Shown here one piece after another: positions 1 through 8,118 of a DNA stretch of 58,812 bases (position 1 is its first letter; each line of letters starts with the position of its first letter). Below the pieces are notes generated by a model, which was given only the letters and a program-made list of their open reading frames with translations, did no database searches and had not been told where the DNA came from. The stretch is taken from positions 1 to 58,812 of the forward strand of contig JBAYHA010000001.1 in the NCBI GenBank assembly GCA_041666425.1, written 5' to 3'. The stretch comes from Patescibacteria group bacterium. GTDB lineage: Bacteria; Patescibacteriota; Patescibacteriia; UBA11705; JABHMO01. Position numbers and translations under genes: made by a program.

Positions 1-465
1 ATTTTGGAAATGACAATTGCCGAAGCCAAAGAATTTTTTCGCGATATCCCATTTATTTATGACAAATTAAAAATGTTAAGCGAAGTTGGGCTTGATTATT
101 TAACACTTGGACAAAGTGCAACAACGCTTTCCGGCGGTGAAGCGCAGAGAATTAGATTGAGCAAAGAATTGGCAAAACACAGTACCACAAAAACTTTGTA
201 TTTATTAGATGAACCAACGACCGGTTTGCATTATGAAGATGTCAAAAAATTAATTGAGGTTTTGCAAAGATTGGTTTATCAAGGCAACACCGTCATGATT
301 ATTGAACACAATCTGGATGTCATCAAATGCGCTGATTGGCTCATCGATCTTGGTCCGGAAGGTGGTGACAAAGGTGGCGAACTGGTCAAAGCAGGGACAC
401 CGGAAGAATTGGCTCAATATGGCCCAAGTTGGACTGGTAAATATTTACGAAATATTTTAAAGTAA
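1..465 (+). CDS. uvrA: Excinuclease ABC subunit A, C-terminal fragment (gene runs off the 5' window edge)
   Basis: ORF is open to the window edge. Second ABC module present: signature [11 protein letters not shown], Walker [14 protein letters not shown]-loop IIEHN, and [14 protein letters not shown] tail typical of UvrA. Confidence 0.9.
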   Translation: MLEMTIAEAKEFFRDIPFIYDKLKMLSEVGLDYLTLGQSATTLSGGEAQRIRLSKELAKHSTTKTLYLLDEPTTGLHYEDVKKLIEVLQRLVYQGNTVMIIEHNLDVIKCADWLIDLGPEGGDKGGELVKAGTPEELAQYGPSWTGKYLRNILK

Positions 466-521
466 AAGTAAAAAAAATAAGTGAAAATAAGTATAATAAG
501 TAAATCAGTCATTTAATAAAC

Positions 522-552
522 AAAAAAAACAGCTATAATTAGCTGTTTTTTT
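522..552. terminator. Intrinsic terminator hairpin, bidirectional (A-run / CAGCT-ATAATT-AGCTG / T-run)
   Basis: Stem 530-534/541-545 is flanked by an A8 run and a T7 run, just downstream of the uvrA stop. Confidence 0.6.
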
Positions 553-629
553 GATATAACTATTGACTTTTTTATAAAATTAAGGTATATTTACAAGTTC
601 TTTTTTATAAACATTGTTGGAGGACAAAG

Positions 630-1118
630 ATGAAAAAACGTCTGCTCGATGAATTTCCTGCCTATCTGTTTCGGCCCATGACAAAAACCGAAGAGTATGG
701 TTTTCGCAGAATGATGAAACGATTGAAAAAGAAGTTGAATAATCCCCTTACCTTCGAAGAAATGATCTTCGATGGGGTCATGAGTATTAACATCAGAAAA
801 GTCCTTTCTTTTAATGAAAAAATTGGGGCAAGCACTTACCAATGGGACGGTACGGTCAACTACGATCAGACTCCCCATGAACAAAGCGGCTATCCAATGG
901 AACTTAGTCGGAAATATCTTTCTCTTTTGAAAGATCTGCTGAATGACCAGGAAAAGTTTGACCTGCTCGCACTCATCGGTCCTTATGAATTTCGTTTTGG
1001 TAGTATCGAAGACGAAAAAGTGGAACCGGGAATTTTGCTTGGGAATCACGTCCCCGATTGCGGCCCCAACTATGATTGGAGCATCAGGGAAGATGGAACC
1101 ATTTGGTTCCACAGTTGA
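630..1118 (+). CDS. Hypothetical protein (162 aa), higher GC than its neighbours
   Basis: GGAGG at 619-623 lies 6 nt before the ATG. Residue composition looks protein-like. The antisense ORF 591..1136 has no RBS. Confidence 0.6.
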   Translation: MKKRLLDEFPAYLFRPMTKTEEYGFRRMMKRLKKKLNNPLTFEEMIFDGVMSINIRKVLSFNEKIGASTYQWDGTVNYDQTPHEQSGYPMELSRKYLSLLKDLLNDQEKFDLLALIGPYEFRFGSIEDEKVEPGILLGNHVPDCGPNYDWSIREDGTIWFHS

Positions 1119-1161
1119 GATGACGAGAGCTGACATCTAATGTTGGCTCTTTTTTAATTAT

Positions 1162-2553
1162 TTAAAGTAAACAAACTGCCAATAAAAAAAATCCAAAGAT
1201 TATTGCCACTATGCCCAAAATTAAAATTGATAACTGTAATTTATTTTTTTGATCGACAAAACTTTCCCCATCCGCTAAAGAATAAGCCCAAAAAGAATAC
1301 AACAGAAAAGTTACGACTAAAGTATCAAAATGAAATTGCAAAGCGACTAAATAAGCAAAAAATATTGCCAACAATAACAATGCATTTATTTTTTTTATCC
1401 AATCAACTGAAATAATTTGATGATAAATATTTTTTAAAATTTCAAACCAAAAGAAAAACAACAAAACAACGCCAACAAAACCGAAATTCAGCAAATTATC
1501 AAAAAACAAATTATGAACGCGATCGGACGGATGATTATCAATCACCTGTTCAATCGGCCATTTGGCTCTTTTTTCATAAAGTAACAAATAATTTTCTGCA
1601 CCATAACCAAAAAACGGTTTTTGATAAAAATAATCGGCCGCAGCGCCCATATCCAAGATTCTAATCAACATTGAACCTTCACCAAAATTTTGTTCGCTCG
1701 GCGCTTGGCCTTTTGGCAAAAATATTCCCGTCCAAAAACAAAGAAAAACTAACGTGGCCGACAAAAACGACAAGGATAATTTTTGCCAACGATTTTTTCT
1801 CTCAGAAATTTTACAAAAATAAAAGCTAAAAAAAATAATGGCGGAAAAATAAGCAGCCAAATATCCACCACGATTGATCGTATTATGCAAAGCGATTAAA
1901 ATTAAAAAGATGGCCAACGAACAAACTATTTTTAAAATTACTTTTTTTGTAAAAAATAAAAAATAATATAAAACAGGTAAGCTCATCGCCAAATAAATAC
2001 CCAAATAATTGGGATGCCCCAGTGTTCCATCTGGCCGAGGCAAATTAAAACCTCTGGTATAAACAAAATCATCATTCGTCAAACCCAACCGCTGAATGAT
2101 CGCGTATACTGACATCGCCGTAGCAGAAACAGCAACCGCGATAAGAAAATTTTTACGATTTTTTAATTCAGCAAAAAAATCAAAGAGTAAAAAGAAAAAA
2201 ACAAAAAAAGAAATTTGCGTAGTTAATCCCCACCAACGTTCGGGACTTCCCCAAAGACTACGCTCACGGTCAATTGAAAGAATCACCGAAACAAGCTGCG
2301 AAACAAAGAATGCGCAAAACAAAACTACCGGCCATTTTCTTTTTTTTAAAAATAAATTTTTTATCCATAAACCTATATCGTGCCAACTCTTTAATTCCAG
2401 CATTTTTAAACCAAACAAAACAGAAACACAAAACTTAAAAATTAAAATTTTAGGAAATTCATAACTATTTTCAAAAACCGGAAAAACCAGAAAAGGGATG
2501 GCCACAGCCATCCCCAAAATAAGATAATTAAAAATATTCCGCACCAAACTCAT
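1162..2553 (-). CDS. O-antigen ligase / O-antigen polymerase (Wzy_C-like) family polytopic membrane protein
   Basis: About 10-12 hydrophobic helices. A central loop with PDGTLGHPNYLGIYLAMSLP resembles the Wzy_C/O-antigen ligase motif region. Confidence 0.65.
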   Translation of the reverse strand: MSLVRNIFNYLILGMAVAIPFLVFPVFENSYEFPKILIFKFCVSVLFGLKMLELKSWHDIGLWIKNLFLKKRKWPVVLFCAFFVSQLVSVILSIDRERSLWGSPERWWGLTTQISFFVFFFLLFDFFAELKNRKNFLIAVAVSATAMSVYAIIQRLGLTNDDFVYTRGFNLPRPDGTLGHPNYLGIYLAMSLPVLYYFLFFTKKVILKIVCSLAIFLILIALHNTINRGGYLAAYFSAIIFFSFYFCKISERKNRWQKLSLSFLSATLVFLCFWTGIFLPKGQAPSEQNFGEGSMLIRILDMGAAADYFYQKPFFGYGAENYLLLYEKRAKWPIEQVIDNHPSDRVHNLFFDNLLNFGFVGVVLLFFFWFEILKNIYHQIISVDWIKKINALLLLAIFFAYLVALQFHFDTLVVTFLLYSFWAYSLADGESFVDQKNKLQLSILILGIVAIIFGFFLLAVCLL

Positions 2554-2559
2554 AAAAAC

Positions 2560-2829
2560 TTATTTTGTTGTCGGAATAATCAGTTGCCCCGACTTGATGT
2601 TTGTTTTTATTGGCTTTGGTTTTACCGTTGTTTTTGTCGGAGTTTTGACCGCAGTTGTTGTTTTTGTCCCGGTTTTGGTAGCTGTTTTCACAACAAGTGG
2701 CCAACCAAACGCAAAACCTCTAGCTTTGGCCATTTCATTCATAATGCCGGCTACTCCGGCCAAAATCGCTACGGTTGCTACGGCAGCAATAACTTTTGAC
2801 CTCACTTTTGACTTTGTCATAATGTACAT
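2560..2829 (-). CDS. Small membrane-anchored protein with a Thr/Lys-rich (TKT) repeat tail
   Basis: N-terminal TM helix (VIAAVATVAILAGVAGI) followed by TKTGTKTTTAVKTPTKTTVKPKPIKT. Start may be the MTKSK Met at 2820. Confidence 0.45.
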   Translation of the reverse strand: MYIMTKSKVRSKVIAAVATVAILAGVAGIMNEMAKARGFAFGWPLVVKTATKTGTKTTTAVKTPTKTTVKPKPIKTNIKSGQLIIPTTK

Positions 2830-2831
2830 AA

Positions 2832-4001
2832 TTATTTTTCATTAATTCTATTTTTTGTTTTGTCCATATTCAAACAAGTTGCCACAACATGAACGATATC
2901 CCCTGCCAAAACAACCGGCACTTTGCCTTGTGTTTGGAAACTCAATATCCGCCTTTCCTTCTTTTCAATCTGTGTTGTTAATAATAATATTTTCTTGGCA
3001 ATTTTTTCTTTTTGCGTTTCTAAAATGTTTTTTTCCTGTTGCCTTTTTAATACTTCCAATTCTTGCATCATGGATTGGATCTGAATCGGCGATTTTTTTA
3101 TTCGTCTATGCACTTCATCAGCAGCCGCACGAATCAATTTTAAAGAATTATCAGGCAAATCATTCTCCCGAAAATTAACAAAAACTCCGGCTTCATCAAT
3201 TAAATCAATCGATTTGTCCGGCTGATTGCGGTTCTTGATATATTTGTCAGAAAGTTTTACTGCCTCAACAATCGATTCATCACTAAATTTGACGCCATGA
3301 TGATCTTCATATTGCTTTTTGAGACCTTGCAAAATCGCAATCGTCTGGTTTACATCAGGCGCTTTTACTTCTATCAATTGAAACCGACGCAATAACGCCT
3401 GATCTTTTTGTAAATATTCGGAAAATTCATCTATTGTTGTTGCTCCAATCAATTGCAAATCGCCACGCGCCAATGCCGGCTTGATAATATCACTGGCATT
3501 CATCGCGCCTTCGGTTCCTTTGGTTTGGATAAGTGAATGAAATTCGTCAATAAATAAAATAATATTTCTTTTTGAAAAAATCACGCTATCCATAATGCTT
3601 TTTATTCTTTCTTCCAATTCTCCACGATATTTGGTTCCGCCCATGACATCGGCCAAATTTATTTTTAACACTCTTTTGCCTTGCAAGGTCGGAGGAATAT
3701 CCCCGGTAACAATGCGCAAAGCCAAGCCTTCGACAATCGCTGTTTTGCCAACTCCGGCCGCGCCAATTATTAAAGGATTATTTTTGGATCGACGACTCAA
3801 AATTTGCACTAATCTTTCAATTTCCAATTCGCGACCAATAACCGGATCCAAACCTCCCTTGGCCGCTTTTTCGGTTAAATCTTCGGTAAAATTATTCAAA
3901 ATATTAAAATTTACCAGCGGTTTCATTCCCGATTTGTTCTTGTAAAACAAAAAAATTCCAATACCGATTAAAACAAAATATAATATAAAATTTTTATCCA
4001 T
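2832..4001 (-). CDS. Membrane-anchored single-ring Clp/Hsp100-like AAA+ ATPase (D1 plus middle coiled coil only)
   Basis: N-terminal TM helix. ClpA/B/C D1 motifs follow: VIGRELEIERLVQILSRRSKNNPLIIGAAGVGKTAIVEGLA (Walker A), ILFIDEFHSLI (Walker B), LIGATT, ALLRRFQ. The ORF ends where D2 would begin. Confidence 0.8.
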   Translation of the reverse strand: MDKNFILYFVLIGIGIFLFYKNKSGMKPLVNFNILNNFTEDLTEKAAKGGLDPVIGRELEIERLVQILSRRSKNNPLIIGAAGVGKTAIVEGLALRIVTGDIPPTLQGKRVLKINLADVMGGTKYRGELEERIKSIMDSVIFSKRNIILFIDEFHSLIQTKGTEGAMNASDIIKPALARGDLQLIGATTIDEFSEYLQKDQALLRRFQLIEVKAPDVNQTIAILQGLKKQYEDHHGVKFSDESIVEAVKLSDKYIKNRNQPDKSIDLIDEAGVFVNFRENDLPDNSLKLIRAAADEVHRRIKKSPIQIQSMMQELEVLKRQQEKNILETQKEKIAKKILLLTTQIEKKERRILSFQTQGKVPVVLAGDIVHVVATCLNMDKTKNRINEK

Positions 4002-4050
4002 ATCAATTTTATTATAACAAAAATACCATAAAGAAACAAAAAGTTATCAT

Positions 4051-4356
4051 CTAATCATCAACATCTTCCATTTTTTTTAATCTTTCATATGTAAACCAAG
4101 GATGATCTTCGGTAGATTTAAATAAGTTTTTCTTAATAAAATCAACCACCAAAGGATAATTAAAAATCTTGTCACCATCAGTAAAGCAAACTTGCCGAGC
4201 AGCACCTAACTGTCCCATTTTTAAATATTCAACCACAAGACGAAGACACGAAACCCCACGTCCGTTGTTCTCAACCTTTTGCAACTCCTCCAGTTTTTGA
4301 GCCAAGGATAATAATTCTTCTTTACTTTTTTCATTGACAATTGTTGGTTTTTCCAT
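4051..4356 (-). CDS. Hypothetical protein (101 aa)
   Basis: Clean ORF with an acidic C-terminus. No recognisable motif. Confidence 0.45.
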   Translation of the reverse strand: MEKPTIVNEKSKEELLSLAQKLEELQKVENNGRGVSCLRLVVEYLKMGQLGAARQVCFTDGDKIFNYPLVVDFIKKNLFKSTEDHPWFTYERLKKMEDVDD

Positions 4357-4495
4357 ATAAAAAAATCAAAGCAAATCAATGCTTTAATTATAGCAAATTA
4401 TAAAGATGTCGTAAAATTAGTTAAATTTGCAAAATATTTCACTAATTCTTTCCATTTTCCAAAACAGTCACCCTATCCACCAATAAATTGTGATT

Positions 4496-4933
4496 TTACG
4501 TCAAAATAACATGATCATTATTCAAACGAAAATATAACAGGTCCATTTTTTCAAACTGTTCATCCATGTGTTCGAATGTTTTGTCAATTTTCTCAAACTT
4601 CTCGTCGATTGATTGAAATTTATTAACCATCAATTCAAACATCTCATCGTGTTCGGATAATGTTTTGTTGATTTGCAAAAACATTCCATCATGTTCAGCC
4701 AACTTTCGATAAATTTGTAAAAACATTCCATCATGCTCAACCAACTTTTTATTAATTTTCATAAACATTCCGTCATGTTCAGCCAGCTTATCTGAAATTT
4801 GCTCAATTTTTGCCGTTAAATCAACAACCGCGGATGAAATCCGTTGAGTTAACAAAACATCAATCTGCTCAAACCGTTTTTCAAAACGGCCATCCATCTC
4901 ATTAAGTTTTTGCATTATTTGATTCATAAACAA
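4496..4933 (-). CDS. Coiled-coil protein with four tandem 14-aa (L)xEHD(G/E)MF repeats
   Basis: Four 42-bp tandem DNA units at 4637..4804. N-terminus MNQIMQKLNEM matches the adjacent paralog, so the start may be at 4927. Confidence 0.6.
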   Translation of the reverse strand: MFMNQIMQKLNEMDGRFEKRFEQIDVLLTQRISSAVVDLTAKIEQISDKLAEHDGMFMKINKKLVEHDGMFLQIYRKLAEHDGMFLQINKTLSEHDEMFELMVNKFQSIDEKFEKIDKTFEHMDEQFEKMDLLYFRLNNDHVILT

Positions 4934-4935
4934 AA

Positions 4936-5322
4936 CTAATTACACTTATTTTCTAAAACAGTTACTCTGTTTTCTAAAAGACTCTGATTATGCGCTATCG
5001 CCACAGTTTCTAAATCCCTTTTTCTGAACAAAACTAACATTGCATCAAAACGAGTCACAAAGGTATTGAACTCATCACGATGAACCATATCTCGATGCAT
5101 CTGGTCAAATTTATCATCGTGCATAATCAGTTTGTTGACTATAAGTTCAAACATTTCATCATGGCCAGATAGAGTTTTTTCGATTCTATCAAAACGCTTA
5201 TCTTGTTTAGCAAAACGTTTATCAGTTTTTTCAGACATTTTATCAAGTCGTATTTGCAAATCTGCAAACTGTTGAAAAATCTGCTCTCTCATCTCGTTAA
5301 ACTTTTGTAATAATTGATTCAT
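4936..5322 (-). CDS. Coiled-coil protein, single-repeat paralog of 4496..4933
   Basis: Shares MNQLLQKFNEM and TLSGHDEMFELIVNKL with the downstream gene. Only a 2-nt gap separates them. Confidence 0.6.
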   Translation of the reverse strand: MNQLLQKFNEMREQIFQQFADLQIRLDKMSEKTDKRFAKQDKRFDRIEKTLSGHDEMFELIVNKLIMHDDKFDQMHRDMVHRDEFNTFVTRFDAMLVLFRKRDLETVAIAHNQSLLENRVTVLENKCN

Positions 5323-5611
5323 ATGCTTTTGTTTTTAACACTTTTCCTGAGTTGAAAGGCTTTCAGAATTATTATAAAACAACGTCAAAAAAAGACGCAA
5401 TCGTGGGGTGGATTTTCAACTGACCAACCGAGCAACCGACCAACTGATTAATTTAAATTTAGCAACAAAAAGAACACTAACAAAAAATAAATCAATAAAA
5501 AAAACCGCTGAATTAGCACCTTTTTTTTGAACTTATCCACAGCAGTAAAATTAGCAAAGTTTTTAAAACTTATTATTTACAATAGATCTTTTTTGTGCTA
5601 AATTTAAGGTT

Positions 5612-6895
5612 ATGAATAACCTACAAAAAATTAGACAACAATTAACAAAACTTCCCGATTTTCCGGGAATTTACCTTTTTTATAATGAAAAAAAGGAGTT
5701 AATTTATGTTGGCAAAGCCACCTCATTAAAAAATCGGGTCAAAAGCTATTTTAATTCCAGACTCCGGAACAAGTCCGGAGTGACGGTTAGAAGACCGATC
5801 GAAAGTCTGGTCCATGAAATTGCAAAAATCGACTACCGCACAACCGAGTCTGTTTTTGAAGCAATTATTCTCGAAGCGATTTATATCAAAAAGTTTTTAC
5901 CAAAATACAATGTTCTTGGCAAAGACGACAAAAGCTGGAACTACTTGGTCATTACCAATGAAGAATTCCCCACCGTCAAAACAATTAGAGAACATGACTT
6001 ACAAAATTTAGAAAAAAAAATAGAATTAAAAAAAAAATTTAAAAATATTTTCGGTCCATTTCCCGGATTAAATTCCTCAATGACTTTAAAAATTTTGCGT
6101 CGATTATTTTTCTATCGAACTTGCGAACCAAAAAGTGGCAAACCCTGCTTTTATCGACAAATCAATCAATGTCTGGGCGTTTGTAGCTCCGAAATTACGG
6201 CAAAAAATTACATAAAGAAATCTATCAATCCTTTAATTTTATTTTTAAACGGAAACAAAAAGAAAGTTATTCAAAATTTTGCTCGAGAAATGAATCGACT
6301 TTCAAAAAACGAAAGTTTTGAAGAAGCGGGTCGCCTGCGTAATCAAATTTTTCAGTTACAAAAAATTCAAGATTTCGCCTTATTAAACAAAACTTTTTTT
6401 GAAAATGAAAAATTTTCAGAAAATAAAATAAAAACAATTGAAGGTTATGATATTTCCAATTTTGGCAATAACGGTTTAGTCGGCTCAATGGTCAAATTTT
6501 TTAATGGACAGCCTGATAAAAAAAACTATCGAAAATTTAAAATAAAAACGGTTAAAAAACAAAGCGATGTTGATTGCTTAAAAGAAGTTTTAACCAGAAG
6601 ATTAAAAAATGATTGGCCATTACCTGATCTATTTTTAATAGACGGCGGATTACCGCAAATCAATGCCACCAAAACAATTTTAAAAAATTTCAAAATAAAA
6701 ATTCCCATTGTTTCCATCGCCAAAGGCCCAACCAGAAAAAACGAAAACTTTTTTACAAATGATGCAACTATTTTGCATTGGTTAAAAGAAAATAAAACCC
6801 TGTCATCCGACAGGGCTAAATTGCTTCTCTCTGTTAGAGATGAAGCGCATCGCTTTGCGATAAATTTTCAAAGGCAAACCAGAAAAATAAAATAA
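5612..6895 (+). CDS. uvrC: Excinuclease ABC subunit C, short form lacking the C-terminal (HhH)2 domain
   Basis: GIY-YIG (PGIYLFYNEKKELIYVGKATSLKNRVKSYF), UVR domain (FEEAGRLRNQIFQLQKI), endonuclease domain (IEGYDISNFGN ... RDEAHRFAI). The ORF stops soon after RDEAHRFAI. Confidence 0.85.
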   Translation: MNNLQKIRQQLTKLPDFPGIYLFYNEKKELIYVGKATSLKNRVKSYFNSRLRNKSGVTVRRPIESLVHEIAKIDYRTTESVFEAIILEAIYIKKFLPKYNVLGKDDKSWNYLVITNEEFPTVKTIREHDLQNLEKKIELKKKFKNIFGPFPGLNSSMTLKILRRLFFYRTCEPKSGKPCFYRQINQCLGVCSSEITAKNYIKKSINPLILFLNGNKKKVIQNFAREMNRLSKNESFEEAGRLRNQIFQLQKIQDFALLNKTFFENEKFSENKIKTIEGYDISNFGNNGLVGSMVKFFNGQPDKKNYRKFKIKTVKKQSDVDCLKEVLTRRLKNDWPLPDLFLIDGGLPQINATKTILKNFKIKIPIVSIAKGPTRKNENFFTNDATILHWLKENKTLSSDRAKLLLSVRDEAHRFAINFQRQTRKIK

Positions 6896-6924
6896 AAAAA
6901 AACCCGTTCAAGGACGGGGTTTTC
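6894..6924. terminator. Hairpin CCCGT-TCAAGG-ACGGG between convergent genes
   Basis: A9 run upstream and TTTT downstream. It reads as a strong terminator for the minus-strand gene and a weaker one for uvrC. Confidence 0.55.
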
Positions 6925-6929
6925 AAACA

Positions 6930-7277
6930 CTAACTTTTTAGAAATTTTTCTCCTCTTTCTGTAATTTGGCAATCCGCCAGAATTACATCAAAGGAATAAG
7001 CTTCCTTTTTCCTAAAAACTGATGACGGCGCAAGGACAAAGTCCTGCCTCACCGCCCATTCCAGCGCACTCATCAGCTCTTTGCTGGGATAATCCAACAA
7101 AGCAGCGACTTTGTGGCGAAAAAGCAATTTCCGCCCTTGCTGTTGGCACAACAAAACCCCCATCATTCGTCGAGCGAAATTTTCATGCAACAATCGCTCA
7201 ACAAAACGATGCGTTAAAATTACGAATAGCACCAGAAAACATGTACAAACAATAGGCGAAACAGGAACTTGATTCAT
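6930..7277 (-). CDS. Hypothetical protein (115 aa from the RBS-supported start), higher GC
   Basis: GAGGAGGAAAGG precedes the ATG at 7277. The longer ORF to 7337 would overlap truB. Confidence 0.5.
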   Translation of the reverse strand: MNQVPVSPIVCTCFLVLFVILTHRFVERLLHENFARRMMGVLLCQQQGRKLLFRHKVAALLDYPSKELMSALEWAVRQDFVLAPSSVFRKKEAYSFDVILADCQITERGEKFLKS

Positions 7278-7329
7278 CCTTTCCTCCTCAATAATGGAAA
7301 TTACATAATACAACAATAAAAAAGAAATG

Positions 7330-7983
7330 TCAATCATTTTTTACCAATTCATCTAAATTTAAAGCATTTTCCAGTATAAACTCCCCTACTCTGGTTCTTA
7401 CCAAATCAGCCATATAACCACCGACACCAAGTTCCGCACCAATATCTTTGGATAATGAACGGATATAAACACCTGGCCCGCAAACAACTTTTATTTGCAA
7501 AAATGGCCACGAATATTTTTCAATTTTAATTTCCTTTATAAAAACATCCCGCGGTTTCATTTCCACAGCTTTATTTTTTCTGGCCAAATCATAAGATTTT
7601 TGACCATTAATTTTGATAGCAGAAAAAATCGGGGGAATTTGCTGAATATTACCAATAAATTTTTGGCAAACTGATTCTATTTCTTCCAACATCGGAATAT
7701 TTCGAGAAAATTTTATTTCCGTCTTTTCACCTTCTTCATCATCAGTTGCACTGGTAAAACCAAATTTAACAGTAGCCAAATACTCTTTTTCTTTTTTTAC
7801 AAAGTCATTTATTTTTTTGGTATTCTCTCGCCCAACGGCGACAACCAAAACCCCACTCGCGAGAGGATCGAGCGTGCCGGCATGACCGATTCTTTTTTCG
7901 CCGGTCAGTTTTCTAATTTGGTGAATAATGGCAAAAGAAGATGGGCCTTTTGGTTTGTTGACGGCAAAGATACCGTTTAACAT
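7330..7983 (-). CDS. truB: tRNA pseudouridine(55) synthase
   Basis: GHAGTLDPLASGVLVVAVG catalytic Asp motif and TruB-like length and architecture. Confidence 0.9.
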   Translation of the reverse strand: MLNGIFAVNKPKGPSSFAIIHQIRKLTGEKRIGHAGTLDPLASGVLVVAVGRENTKKINDFVKKEKEYLATVKFGFTSATDDEEGEKTEIKFSRNIPMLEEIESVCQKFIGNIQQIPPIFSAIKINGQKSYDLARKNKAVEMKPRDVFIKEIKIEKYSWPFLQIKVVCGPGVYIRSLSKDIGAELGVGGYMADLVRTRVGEFILENALNLDELVKND

Positions 7984-8001
7984 ATTTTGTAAAACGGTTT
8001 T

Positions 8002-8100
8002 GTCATCCCGATTGAACGAAGTGAATAGAGGGATCTCAAAACCGTTTTTTCAATTGATGATTTTGAGATTTCTCCATTCGCGTTGCTCAGTCGAAATGAC
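8002..8100. repeat. Inverted pair of GTCAT..GAGATCTC-family units (about 36 nt each)
   Basis: 8002..8037 is gtcatcccgattgaacgaagtgaatagagggatctc. 8065..8100 is its imperfect reverse complement. The pair is bracketed by aaaacggtttt / aaaaccgtttt. Confidence 0.75.
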
Positions 8101-8118
8101 AAAATCATATATCATTAT

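Noticed and set aside
591-1136. 181-aa minus-strand ORF overlapping 630..1118
   Set aside because: It is the antisense shadow of the + ORF. The + ORF has a GGAGG box 6 nt before its ATG and more protein-like composition. The minus ORF has no RBS and a low-complexity hydrophobic/Phe-Ile-rich translation.
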